DNA from: a virus
Lineage: Duplodnaviria; Caudoviricetes
IMG/VR virus record: IMGVR_UViG_3300043786_001845
Span: 290-64,289 of that record
DNA length: 64,000 nt
Strand: one strand, 5' to 3'
The notes beneath the pieces were generated by a model, which did no database searches, was not told where the DNA came from, and saw only the letters and a program-made list of their open reading frames with translations. Below, one piece after another: positions 17,759 through 26,829 of the stretch (its first letter is position 1; every line of letters starts with the position of its first letter). The position numbers and the translations under genes were made by a program.

Positions 17759-18261
17759 TCAGGTGATTTTTCGGAGGCGGAGCGGGCGCTGACCAGAGCC
17801 GCTGTGCCGGTGGAACACGAACTCCCCGATCCGGGCGGTCCGCTTCATCTTGCCCGCCCAGCCGGGTGGCCCCTTGTAGTCGAGCTTCTTGCGCAGCTTC
17901 GGGGTCCAGAAGTGGGTGGCGCCCCCGGTGGGGTCCGGGATGCGACCCGCGTAGACCAAGGCACCAAAGGCCTGGATGCGGCGGTGTTCGTGGGCATCCT
18001 TCTTCTTCGGGGCGCTGGCGTGCTGGGGGGAAATTGCCCCTTCTGGTGCGTGACGGCGCAGACCGTCCGCGGGTAGACCGGGCTCCTGGTCCGGTTCATG
18101 ATGGCGTACATGACCGCGGCAACCTCCGCCATGGGCCGCCCCCGCGCCTCAATCCAGGCGGCCCTGGTGAGGCACCCGAGCTCAGACTTGGACGCCTGCG
18201 CGCATTGTGAAACGACGATGCCGATCAGCATCGCGACGATCATCTTTGTGTGCTTTTTCAT
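17759..18261 (-). pseudogene. SleB/Hydrolase_2-family cell-wall hydrolase with a 1-nt frameshift
   Basis: Signal peptide, CL..A.W.EARG, V...IMNR...YP.TVC.V..Q.GQF in one frame; DPTGGATHF..P.W....ARIGEFVF in the -1 frame; junction at or near the C6 run at 18025-18030. Confidence 0.8.
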
Positions 18262-18400
18262 ACAGTTCCTCAGTGATGAGGACCGCGCCGTCGTGGAGAC
18301 TGTCAAGGTCCGGCGCGGTCGGTGGTCAGTGGTTGTGTCGCGAGTGCGCGATTGCTCCTTCGGATGATAGAAAAGCCGCCCTCGTTGGGCGGGTCGCCGC

Positions 18401-18949
18401 TCAATTCGGTAGCGGGTCCTCGATCAACTCACCATCCTGGTTGTAAAGCTCATCCAGCGTGTAATGCACGATATGCGTACAATCCTGCTTGGTAATCTTG
18501 GTAAAGGCCAGTTCCACACCGTCGTCGCCATCGGGATCTGCCTTGGCGTAGTCATCGACCAGCGAGAGCGGGATGAGTACGAATCGGCCAACACCGTTGT
18601 AGTCGCCACCGATATAGAGCGGATCGTACTCGACACGAATGTGGACTTGCCGCTCAGCCAGCACATCACGAGCATGCCTGTCGATGGCCGTCCAGTCGGA
18701 TTCCTTGCATTCGTAGTCCTGGATGAAGCGCGCAATAGCTTGGCGTTTCTCCCCTTCGGTCAGACCCATTTCGTCGCCGTTATCAACATCAGACGACGAC
18801 CAGAAAGCCGGCGAGCCAAAGTTTTCGAATTCGCGCAGTGCCTTTTCGAGCACGGTCCTTTCTGGATCGGGCAGATGGGGCATGGCGGCCATACAGGCAT
18901 TCAGCAGATCCTCGACGGAGGAGGACTGCGGCATGAAGTTGAAGTTCAT
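18401..18949 (-). CDS. Hypothetical acidic protein
   Basis: 182-aa ORF with AAGGAG RBS; visibly lower GC than its neighbours. Confidence 0.7.
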   Translation of the reverse strand: MNFNFMPQSSSVEDLLNACMAAMPHLPDPERTVLEKALREFENFGSPAFWSSSDVDNGDEMGLTEGEKRQAIARFIQDYECKESDWTAIDRHARDVLAERQVHIRVEYDPLYIGGDYNGVGRFVLIPLSLVDDYAKADPDGDDGVELAFTKITKQDCTHIVHYTLDELYNQDGELIEDPLPN

Positions 18950-19259
18950 TTACTCACTGCTCCTTTTTGAAAATGAAGGAGGAGTCCTGACCCGGAGGGG
19001 CTAAAGACCCCTCGTGGGTGGTTAAATTCTTAGTGACTATTACAGGAACCTTTGCGCTTGTGCTCCATCCACTCAGCAAATCCGAGCTTGGTGTTACCCT
19101 CGCTCACTTGGAACTGCCAATCCTTGATTGCCACATAGACAGCGTTACCGTCTGCGCAAGCATCGCAGATCAAGCCAACACTAGTCTGGACGCCGTTTTC
19201 GATGTCAGATCGTCCGCCGTAGTGCGGGCAAACAAACTGGTCATCAACTGCCAGGTTGG

Positions 19260-19554
19260 CTACATCTTCGGCAGCGGGTCCTCGGTCAGGACCGAGACGC
19301 CAAGCGCGTGGTCCTTGTCCAATTTCATAGCCCCGTTGAGGCCCGAGCCGCACCGACTGACGTACATCGTCCGCGGGTCGAACACCCGGTACGCCTCCGC
19401 CAGATCTCGGTCGAGCAATGGGACTAGGGAGAGCACGTCTCCGTCGTAGTCGCCACCCATGAGTTTGAGAACGCCGTTGTGGATGCTCATAGTCAGGTCG
19501 CGCATATCCCGTTTGACGTCGGTGATGCGCACCCGGAGGATCGAACCGTAATTG
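19260..19554 (-). CDS. RNA polymerase beta' N-terminal (catalytic) subunit, exon 2
   Basis: NYGSILRVRI...GGDYDGDVL carries the catalytic DxDGD motif. Confidence 0.9.
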
Positions 19555-19858
19555 CAATATTGTTCACGCAGTCTTCGCTAGAGACGCGCCGCCCTCGGAT
19601 CCTCTGCCGAGAGCCGCCCGCCGATTTCCGGCGGGGACAGACTATATCTTCTCCGGACGGACCGGAGCTCCGCGCTTGGGGGCCGCTTGGCCCCTACTCT
19701 ACTCGGTTCGCCTTCCGGCGCCTTTCGATAGTCGTTGAACCTTCGCCTCGATGAGGACGCTCGGCTGCTGATTACCCAATCCCCCGCTTTCTCGAACCGT
19801 CACGCTCGCCCTCGCGGGCCACGTTGTGGTAGAGGAGGCTTCAGGGCGTCCCAGCAAT

Positions 19859-20791
19859 TCACGGAGTTTTACGACGACCAATTTTCTTTCCGGCAGCCCT
19901 GCCGAAATACAGTGTAGTGATGTCTGGACGGTATGTGCAGTTCTTGAACTTGCAGAATATCGTGCGCCAACCGAGACGCAGCCCGTTTTCCTGGATGATG
20001 TCCAAGTAGGCTTTTCCGTCTCGTATCTCGGTACAGATCTTGTGGATCTGGGCGTCGGTCAAGCGCTGATTGGAGGTCGGCCTGAGACCCAGCTTGACCG
20101 CGTGCTGCAAATTTTCCGCAGCGGTTACCCATTCGAGATTCGAAGCGGCGTTGTTGGTCTTGACGCCGTCGATGTGGTTGACCTGCAAGTTCGGCTCGTA
20201 GTCCTCGCCCTTGAACACCTTGGCGAGGACGATGTGCAGCGTGTAGTTGACGCCGCCCACCTCGAAGCGGATGTAGCCGTTCACGGTGGCCGGCGACCTG
20301 AGCTGCAGCAGACGCTGGAACTTCAGGTTGCGCACGCGGCCGCTGGAGCTGAACTCGTAGTTCGCGAAGATCCTCGCTTCCTCGGGGAACAGGAGCGGGT
20401 CGAACCGTCTCCACTCCTCCAGGTCGCACTGCTCCGCGTCCTGCTCGCCCAGGCCCTCGTCGACGTACTTGCGAGTCTTCGACAGGCCGAGCTTGCTCAG
20501 GATCGAGTAGAGCTTCGTCGCCCTGTCGACACCCAGCTCTCGCGCGAGCTCCTTGACATTGCTGCCGTCGTAGTTGTCGCGCAGGAACTGGCAACGCTCC
20601 TCCGTCCAGAAGCGCTCGCGCCCCGTGCCGCGGCCCTGCACCAGGCCCAGCTCGGAGCACTTCCGGGTGACGACCTTGCGGTCGACCCCCAGCGCGTCAG
20701 CGAGCTCCTGGCGGCTCATGCTGTCGTGGTTGGCGACCAGGAAGTCCACATTGTCCTTCGTCCATTTCACTGCTAACTGTAAATCGGGCAT
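19859..20791 (-). CDS. Intron-encoded HNH homing endonuclease
   Basis: HIVLAKVF...VNHIDGVKTNNAASNLEWVT..EN..HA (HNH_3 type), NUMOD4-like FSSSGRVRN, two N-terminal WT..E..FL..N HTH-like repeats. Confidence 0.9.
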   Translation of the reverse strand: MPDLQLAVKWTKDNVDFLVANHDSMSRQELADALGVDRKVVTRKCSELGLVQGRGTGRERFWTEERCQFLRDNYDGSNVKELARELGVDRATKLYSILSKLGLSKTRKYVDEGLGEQDAEQCDLEEWRRFDPLLFPEEARIFANYEFSSSGRVRNLKFQRLLQLRSPATVNGYIRFEVGGVNYTLHIVLAKVFKGEDYEPNLQVNHIDGVKTNNAASNLEWVTAAENLQHAVKLGLRPTSNQRLTDAQIHKICTEIRDGKAYLDIIQENGLRLGWRTIFCKFKNCTYRPDITTLYFGRAAGKKIGRRKTP

Positions 20792-20817
20792 AAAGCTAAC
20801 CTTCGAGTGTGTGAGAA

Positions 20818-20829
20818 CAATCGAATGTT
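20818..20829 (-). promoter_or_regulatory. Late promoter motif inside the intron (AACA-TTCGAT-TG), upstream of the HNH gene
   Basis: Motif ~27 bp upstream of the HNH ATG. Confidence 0.55.
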
Positions 20830-20855
20830 AGTGCTTGAGGCTTGAAAGTTCGGGA

Positions 20856-21958
20856 ATCGTCGGGTTCCGATTCAATAAACACGGCAGGCCGCCGCTCTCG
20901 CTGCGCTTGATCATTTCCTTCATGGCCTGGTACACGGATCGGTCGAACTTCGTCTGAGCGCGACTCCACACCGCGTTGGCCTCCCGCACGTCCACGCCGC
21001 GCAGCCGGCTGATCAGATTCGTCAGCTGGAAGCGATACAGCTCCAGGAACGCCAGGTATGGAATCTCGACCTCGTCCTGCTCGTGGCCCGGACGCAGCGG
21101 GACGATGACGCAGCGAGACGAGAAGTTCACGCGGACGCCGAGGAGGCTGCTGCGCAGGTAACCACCCTTCCCGGAGAGGACGTGAAGGACGTGCTCGAAG
21201 ACCTCGTTGGCCCGCTCCTGGATACGCCAGAGGACGCTGTTGATGTTCGCCTCGGTGCGCTCCGCGTCGCTGTACTCGTCGAGAGCCTGGACATTCGCCA
21301 CCAGTAGGTTGAAGACGTTGTTGACCTCGTCGAAGATCAGCTGGCGGTCGACCACCAGGGCCGGCCTCAGGATGTGGCTGAACACCGGGATCTTGCTGGT
21401 GAGGAGCTTGTCGGCGTTCTCGCGGATGAGGGTGGCGTACTCGGAGACCCGTGGGTCCTGGCGGCCGCGCTTCTGCTCGTAGTGGTCGAGGACCTCTTCC
21501 CATCGCTGCTCGAAGCCGAGGATGCCGATTCCGTCGTACGGCCCGGCTGACTCGTCCTCGCGGGTGAGACCGTCCACCGTGAGGATCTTCTTCTGGTGGA
21601 GGATGCGGATCAGCTGGGAGGGGCCGACGACCTTGCCGACGTAGGTGAAGAACAGCGGGCTGAGGATCTTGTAACCGCCGAGGTCGACCCAGCCTCGCTT
21701 GCTGAACACGGTGTCGCGGCAGGTGACGACGGTGTCGCACTTCTGGCACGTCGTGCCCTCGTGGAATCGGCCCTCGACGGCGCCGCACTCGCACGCGTAT
21801 TCCCGTCCCGAGCTGGGCATCCTCCCGAAGATCCGCTCGCTGAAGACGCCACCGTCCGAGAACTTCCCGCTCCTCTCGACGACTGGCGTGGGGTCGTCGA
21901 CGACCCCGTCCTCTCGGAACCCATCATCCAAATTGATCAGACTCACAAACACTTCCAT
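20856..21958 (-). CDS. RNA polymerase beta' N-terminal (catalytic) subunit, exon 1; spliced product 465 aa, probably non-virion RNAP
   Basis: GVFSERIFG, Zn ribbon CECG...CQKC, GWVDL, KGGYLRSSLLGVRVNFSSRCVI, LLNRNPT. Confidence 0.9.
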
Positions 21959-21959
21959 C

Positions 21960-22110
21960 TCTCCTCTAATACATCCAGGATCTGGATAAAATATCGTTCA
22001 CGATATTTACTAAATTAAATTTAGTCTAATATCATAGTAATAGTAGTCTCACCTTTTCCTTTACGGAGAAGGTTCTTTCAACTTCATGATATATCACTCT
22101 AAAGGAATAT
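21960..22110. promoter_or_regulatory. AT-rich divergent promoter region
   Basis: Strongly AT-rich gap between divergent genes with short palindromes (e.g. ATCCAGGATCTGGAT, AAATATCG..CGATATTT); no late motif seen. Confidence 0.5.
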
Positions 22111-22113
22111 CAA

Positions 22114-23355
22114 ATGGAGAAGCTAATAGTGGCGTTCGCGGGCCCGAGCGGTGCCGGAAAATCGGAGCTCGCCAACTTGCTCCTCAAGGCACACCCCGAG
22201 GTCTGCACGCGGTGGAGGCAGTTCACGACGCGAGCGCGCCGCCACCTCCAGGAAGAGTACGTCTTCCTGGATGACGCACGATACGAGGCCATCGCGGATC
22301 TGCTCACCTGCCGGACGCACTTCGGCGGCAACAACTACGGGACCCTCCCTGAGGAGGTAGGTGCGGAAGCAGTCGTGCTGACCATCGTCGACGTCGCGGG
22401 GCTGAGCGACCTCCGAGAAGACGTGGCGCGGCACAACACCGATCTCGACGAGACCGGCCGCGGGAAATTCGGCTCGAGCCCGGTCCGCCTCCTGCAGGTC
22501 CTCGTCCACTACGACGTAAACGACGACAGTATCGAGCGCCGCGGTCGCAAGTCTCGCGGCACCGAGAGCATCCAGAAGGAGCTCGAGAGGCTACTCCGCC
22601 TCTTCCAGTGGGACGACTCTGTGGACACGACGTCGGCGTGGCCCGATCCGGCCCACTTCTTCCAGACAGTCATCGAGCCGGCAATTTCAGCGCGCTCGCG
22701 GCAGTCTGTGGCCTCGGGCATCTGGAAGCTCGTGTCGGAAATCGAGGAGAGTCAGCTGGATACGGTCTCCGACGCCAACCTCGTCGCCGCTCAAAAACTG
22801 CTCCAGCAGGCAACCGCTCTCCTGCTTCCCACCCCCACCCCCTCCAGCGACGCGCGGGACGCCGACATGGTGGACTCCATCCTGAGCCACACCGACATGG
22901 GGGGCGACGCCCACAGCGGGGAGCTGGAAGTGACGACGGAATACCTCAATGACCGGGTGACTGATCCGCTACAGTCTGAGAGCGGGCCGACCGATGACAA
23001 GGCGACGGAATCGCCACAGTCTGATGGCGAGACCCCTAGCGACGAAGACTCGGCAGCTCGGCCGCCGGAGATTTCCGACCTCATCACCGCCAGTTTCGAG
23101 CCGTGGCTTCTGGAGAACGGGATCGGGGCCAAGGCGTTCAATTCCATAGAGGCATTCACCGCCGCCATCCTCGACTTTCTCGGTGATGCGTCTGTCCGCG
23201 TGAAAGAGAGCGATCTGTCCGTCACCCGCAGCATGGAAGAGAGCGATAGTGGCCCGGTTGTCCGCTTCTGCGGCATCTTCGATTCCGGTGCGAGCTTCGA
23301 GATCGTCTACAGCGATCGCCTCCGGCGGATCGTCGGTATCATGGGCGAGGGTTGA
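22114..23355 (+). CDS. Guanylate-kinase-like nucleotide kinase with an acidic C-terminal extension
   Basis: GPSGAGKS P-loop, FTTRARR, EYVF and GNNYGT motifs. Confidence 0.7.
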   Translation: MEKLIVAFAGPSGAGKSELANLLLKAHPEVCTRWRQFTTRARRHLQEEYVFLDDARYEAIADLLTCRTHFGGNNYGTLPEEVGAEAVVLTIVDVAGLSDLREDVARHNTDLDETGRGKFGSSPVRLLQVLVHYDVNDDSIERRGRKSRGTESIQKELERLLRLFQWDDSVDTTSAWPDPAHFFQTVIEPAISARSRQSVASGIWKLVSEIEESQLDTVSDANLVAAQKLLQQATALLLPTPTPSSDARDADMVDSILSHTDMGGDAHSGELEVTTEYLNDRVTDPLQSESGPTDDKATESPQSDGETPSDEDSAARPPEISDLITASFEPWLLENGIGAKAFNSIEAFTAAILDFLGDASVRVKESDLSVTRSMEESDSGPVVRFCGIFDSGASFEIVYSDRLRRIVGIMGEG

Positions 23356-23358
23356 GCC

Positions 23359-23649
23359 ATGGAGGCATCCGACCGCAAGGTGCTGATAGAAGCACTGGCA
23401 GAGCACTCGTTTCTGGATCTCACGAACCCCGCGAATTCCATCAAGCTCCGTTCATTCATCAAGAACGGGTTCGACGGCCTGAACGACATGAGCAACCCGG
23501 AACTGCGCGAGTTGGCCGGGATCCTCAATCTGAGGACCCATCCGAAGTTGCCGCCTGCAATGTGCGCGGCGGTGCGCGCCGCCCTCGACGCGCCTCCCAG
23601 CCAGCGGCCCTCATGGCGGGAGAGATTCGTCCGCTGGCTGGCAGCGTGA
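23359..23649 (+). CDS. Hypothetical protein
   Basis: 96 aa, closely packed between its neighbours. Confidence 0.6.
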   Translation: MEASDRKVLIEALAEHSFLDLTNPANSIKLRSFIKNGFDGLNDMSNPELRELAGILNLRTHPKLPPAMCAAVRAALDAPPSQRPSWRERFVRWLAA

Positions 23650-24416
23650 GACTCCCGGGGATGAACTGGACGGCCGACGTCGACGTGCTCGCCGGCATCC
23701 AGATCACGGAGGTGGACATGGCCGATGCCGGGATGACGGTGATCCGCCAGGAGCGTCTCCTTGACCCGGCGGAGATAGCCAGGCTGGAGGCGCTCCCGAA
23801 GGCTGAGCGGGCGATCATGGTCGGTCGCCGTTCCAGAGACCCCGGATACGAGCGCCTGGGGGAGATGATCACCCAGGGGATTCGGAGGAGGGTCGAGAGC
23901 CTCCTCGACGCGAACGACATCGGGATCGACCGCCTGCTCTCCGTGAAGAGGGACGCGGTGTTCGTGACTGGGCCGTCCCCGGCCCGGGTCATCCTGCAGG
24001 ACGGGACAGTGTTCAAAAAGAAGAACGGCTATACCGCGTTCGCCAGGCTCGGGCGCGTGGAAGTGTACGCGGTCCCGAAGCGCGGGGCCTTCGATCTGAA
24101 AGGGATCCCCGGAGAGAAGCGCGAGCTGCACCGCGAGAGCACAATGCGGATGGTGCTCGATGTGCTCGGGCTGCTCGAGCTCGGGCGCATCGACGAGGCG
24201 GCGGACACGCTGCGCCTCTTCCGAGAGGACTACGTGAGCCGCCGGTTGCCCGTGGCTTTCTACAGAGAGTTCAACGCCGACAGCGCCTTCGCCATGCGAG
24301 GCGGGAAGAAGGTGTTCCTTTTTGACGGCACCGGGGGCGACCTCGACCCGGCCGATCTCGAAATCTCGCACAACATCCATCACGTCATCGGGCCCCTCGT
24401 CAGGGCGCTCGCTTGA
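23646..24416 (+). CDS. Small divergent family-B-polymerase-like palm protein
   Basis: ITEVDMADAG (motif A-like) and LLSVKRDAVFV (motif C-like); GTGA overlap with the upstream stop. Confidence 0.45.
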   Translation: MRLPGMNWTADVDVLAGIQITEVDMADAGMTVIRQERLLDPAEIARLEALPKAERAIMVGRRSRDPGYERLGEMITQGIRRRVESLLDANDIGIDRLLSVKRDAVFVTGPSPARVILQDGTVFKKKNGYTAFARLGRVEVYAVPKRGAFDLKGIPGEKRELHRESTMRMVLDVLGLLELGRIDEAADTLRLFREDYVSRRLPVAFYREFNADSAFAMRGGKKVFLFDGTGGDLDPADLEISHNIHHVIGPLVRALA

Positions 24417-24447
24417 CACTTTGCACACTCCACTCTGAGAATTTCCA

Positions 24448-24954
24448 ATGGAACTCTGGTTCTTCAATCGAACAAGAATGCTGTCCGTTCGCCTCGCCAA
24501 ACCCTGCCAGTGGCGACTCTTGCCGAGAGTCGTCACGGCTGACTTCACGAAGAAGTGGAAGCGAACGCGAATGCGCCGCAGGCTCGGCTCGACCACATTC
24601 CACTGGTTGTGCACCGTCATCGACGTCTCAACGTGGACCGGGCTCGAGTACGCGGAGGTGCAGCTCTGGCCTAGCGACTACCACAACATGCTCGCCGGCG
24701 GGCCGATCGTGCACGTGGGACCGCTCGATCTCCCGTCCCCGTCTTCTGGAGACGTCATCAGAGTCACGGAGGTGATCCCGCCACTCCAGATGGGCACGGG
24801 GCGCAGTTTCGAGGCCGTCGTCAAGCGCGTCCTGGGTGTCAGGGTCACTTCGATGGTCGAATTGCGCAGGACTGAGTTGGAAATCTGGCCCGCGGACTGG
24901 CTCCGCGTCTTCATCTTCAAACTGCGAAAGTCCTGGCCCCTGGTGAGCCGATAA
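24448..24954 (+). CDS. Hypothetical protein
   Basis: 168-aa ORF followed by a terminator. Confidence 0.55.
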   Translation: MELWFFNRTRMLSVRLAKPCQWRLLPRVVTADFTKKWKRTRMRRRLGSTTFHWLCTVIDVSTWTGLEYAEVQLWPSDYHNMLAGGPIVHVGPLDLPSPSSGDVIRVTEVIPPLQMGTGRSFEAVVKRVLGVRVTSMVELRRTELEIWPADWLRVFIFKLRKSWPLVSR

Positions 24955-24960
24955 GTCGAT

Positions 24961-24994
24961 AGCAGGAACGGGTGCGCCCGTTCCTGCTTTTTTT
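24961..24994 (+). terminator. Intrinsic terminator
   Basis: AGCAGGAACGGG-tgcg-CCCGTTCCTGCT followed by a T run. Confidence 0.85.
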
Positions 24995-26744
24995 ATTTGA
25001 GCTTATAGACGTAGCGCAGCTGCCCGCAGTCCCAGAGGCGCGCGTACCCGAGTGCCTGGGCCATCTGCCACTCGGTCATGGACGCGTCGAAGCTCGGCTC
25101 CATGGCGAGCAGCTTGTGCCGCTGCAGGCTGGAGCGGTGGAGGCGCTTGTTCGAGTCGTTCTTGTGCACGTAGTCGTAGGAGACCTTCGTCTGCCTCTCC
25201 AGCCGGAAACCGACGAGCTCGTAGCCTCGGCTGCCCCGGAGGGGGGTCCACCGGAGATCCGCGTACGTTACTAATTCCTCGTGGTCGGAGAGGTCGTACG
25301 AGCGCCGGAAAGCCGCGATGATGCGCCCCAGCGCGCCCCGGACGACGCTGCCGCCGACGGTGCAGAAGCGCAGCAGCTCGAGCTGCCGCCCGGCCGAGCC
25401 GCCGGTGATCGCCCTCTCCCCGAAGGTCGCCAGGGCCAGCAGGAGGCCGTCGTCTCCACGGAGACCGACTGCCGCCTCGAGGAGGGGGATGCTCCCCTGG
25501 AGGTGGTTCGCGTCCAGGAAGGCGCGGGCCTCGCGAGCTGGGACGAAGGCGTCGACGGTCGTCTTCCTGGCGTCGAAGACCGCCAGCGGACGGCAGAGAA
25601 TGGCGCGCAGGCGGGACTCCACCGTGGAGCGCCGACCCGCCCACTCGTCGGAGTAGACTCGGATCAGCTGGACGCCCAGGTCAGCCAGCCGCCGCGTCTT
25701 CTCCAGGGCAGCCCCCGGGCGGGCGGCCTCCCTCCCGCTGAACCACCGCTCCCTCGAGCGGCCCTCCGAGTGCCACCAGACGCCGTCGAAATCTATCGCC
25801 ACCCCCCTCTCGGGAATGTACATGTCGACCTTGACCCTCGGGCTCTCCGGCATGAGCCCGGGGAAGTCGGATTGGACCCCGGGCGCGAGACCTCGGACGA
25901 AGTCGAGCAGCTGCAGCTGCCCGCGGGACGCCCGTCCCAGGCGCGCGCACGCCGGGCAGCGCACGCCGCCCTCGTCCCTCTGGAAGTTGTCCGGCCTGGC
26001 ACGCCACTCGGTCCCGCAGGTCTTGTGCCGGTGGAGCACGGGAGTCTTCCCGGTCCTGTACGGCTCGAGCAACTCGTACTCGCCGAGGGACCGCACGAAG
26101 GCCGCGTAGGGCTCGCCGTACCTCTGGCACGCGCACTGCCTCGACGCGGTGGAGCCCTCGTCGAAGGTCTCCCGCACGCGCACCCAGGTCACGCTCTTCG
26201 TCTCGCCGCACGACGTGCACGCGAACGAGATGGTAGTCTTCTCGGAGGCGGCGGTGGCTTTCCAGGTGGTGCCGCGCTCGTAGGCGGCCACGACGTCGCC
26301 GATGACGTGGTCCTGGGGATTGCCCGAGCAGGATGGGCAGCGCTGCCCTCCCCGCAGATTGGACGGCGACACCCTGAACATCCGGTCGGCGTGCGCCGCG
26401 CAGCGGAAGACCACCGGCTCGAAGAGGCCGCGGTACTCGCTCTCGATCTCGTATCCCAGTTCGGCGCAGAGCGCCTCGAGCCGCGCCCGGCCGGCGTCGC
26501 GGTTCTTGTCGGCGGTCCTCCGGGCGGCACACGCCGGGCAGCCGCTTTTCTTTTTGTCGTTTCTGACCACGCTGTGGATTTCCGTCTGCCACGTGGAGTC
26601 GCAGTGGAGGCACCGGAAACTGGCGAGCGTCCGGATGGTCGCCCCGTCCAGGTGCGAGGGGGACACGCGGACGAAGTGCCCCTCGAGGCACGCGGCCTCT
26701 AGGCGCATCGGCAGCGGGCGCGGATCTTTCGTGCTTGTTTTCAT
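24993..26744 (-). CDS. Free-standing homing-endonuclease-like protein (multiple Zn ribbons, Vsr/PD-(D/E)XK-like domain, C-terminal Hef-like domain)
   Basis: Repeated CxxC/CPxC units; VDMYIP..VAIDFDGVWWHS; FLDANHLQG, ELLRFC, TYADLRW, RLWDCGQ. Confidence 0.8.
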   Translation of the reverse strand: MKTSTKDPRPLPMRLEAACLEGHFVRVSPSHLDGATIRTLASFRCLHCDSTWQTEIHSVVRNDKKKSGCPACAARRTADKNRDAGRARLEALCAELGYEIESEYRGLFEPVVFRCAAHADRMFRVSPSNLRGGQRCPSCSGNPQDHVIGDVVAAYERGTTWKATAASEKTTISFACTSCGETKSVTWVRVRETFDEGSTASRQCACQRYGEPYAAFVRSLGEYELLEPYRTGKTPVLHRHKTCGTEWRARPDNFQRDEGGVRCPACARLGRASRGQLQLLDFVRGLAPGVQSDFPGLMPESPRVKVDMYIPERGVAIDFDGVWWHSEGRSRERWFSGREAARPGAALEKTRRLADLGVQLIRVYSDEWAGRRSTVESRLRAILCRPLAVFDARKTTVDAFVPAREARAFLDANHLQGSIPLLEAAVGLRGDDGLLLALATFGERAITGGSAGRQLELLRFCTVGGSVVRGALGRIIAAFRRSYDLSDHEELVTYADLRWTPLRGSRGYELVGFRLERQTKVSYDYVHKNDSNKRLHRSSLQRHKLLAMEPSFDASMTEWQMAQALGYARLWDCGQLRYVYKLK

Positions 26745-26829
26745 GAAGGTGTTTCCAACTGGAGACGGGTGGGATGGGCGAGCCGGGTGACTCGCCTATC
26801 ACACTATTCCCTCGGCTTCACCGTTTAAT

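Larger units (their letters stand above)
19555..20855 (-). mobile_element. Group I self-splicing intron (1301 nt) containing an HNH gene
   Basis: P AAUUGCUGGGA, Q AAUCAGCAGCC, R GUUCAACGACUA and S AAGAUAUAGUC elements; 5' exon ends in U and intron ends in G; splicing restores NRNPT-I-NYGSI; IGS AAUUG-GUCGUCG at 19872-19883. Confidence 0.92.

Noticed and set aside
18020-18035. Programmed ribosomal frameshift in the SleB-like gene
   Set aside because: No in-phase slippery heptamer and no known two-product logic for this family; an indel is simpler.
19030-19557. 175-aa track ORF as the continuation of beta'
   Set aside because: The DYDGD motif is in the frame ending at 19260; this ORF is a different frame.
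19555-20855. Intein or simple gene split in beta'
   Set aside because: Exon 1 hits a stop soon after NPTI, there are no intein terminal residues, and the group I P/Q/R/S and IGS pairings explain the break exactly.
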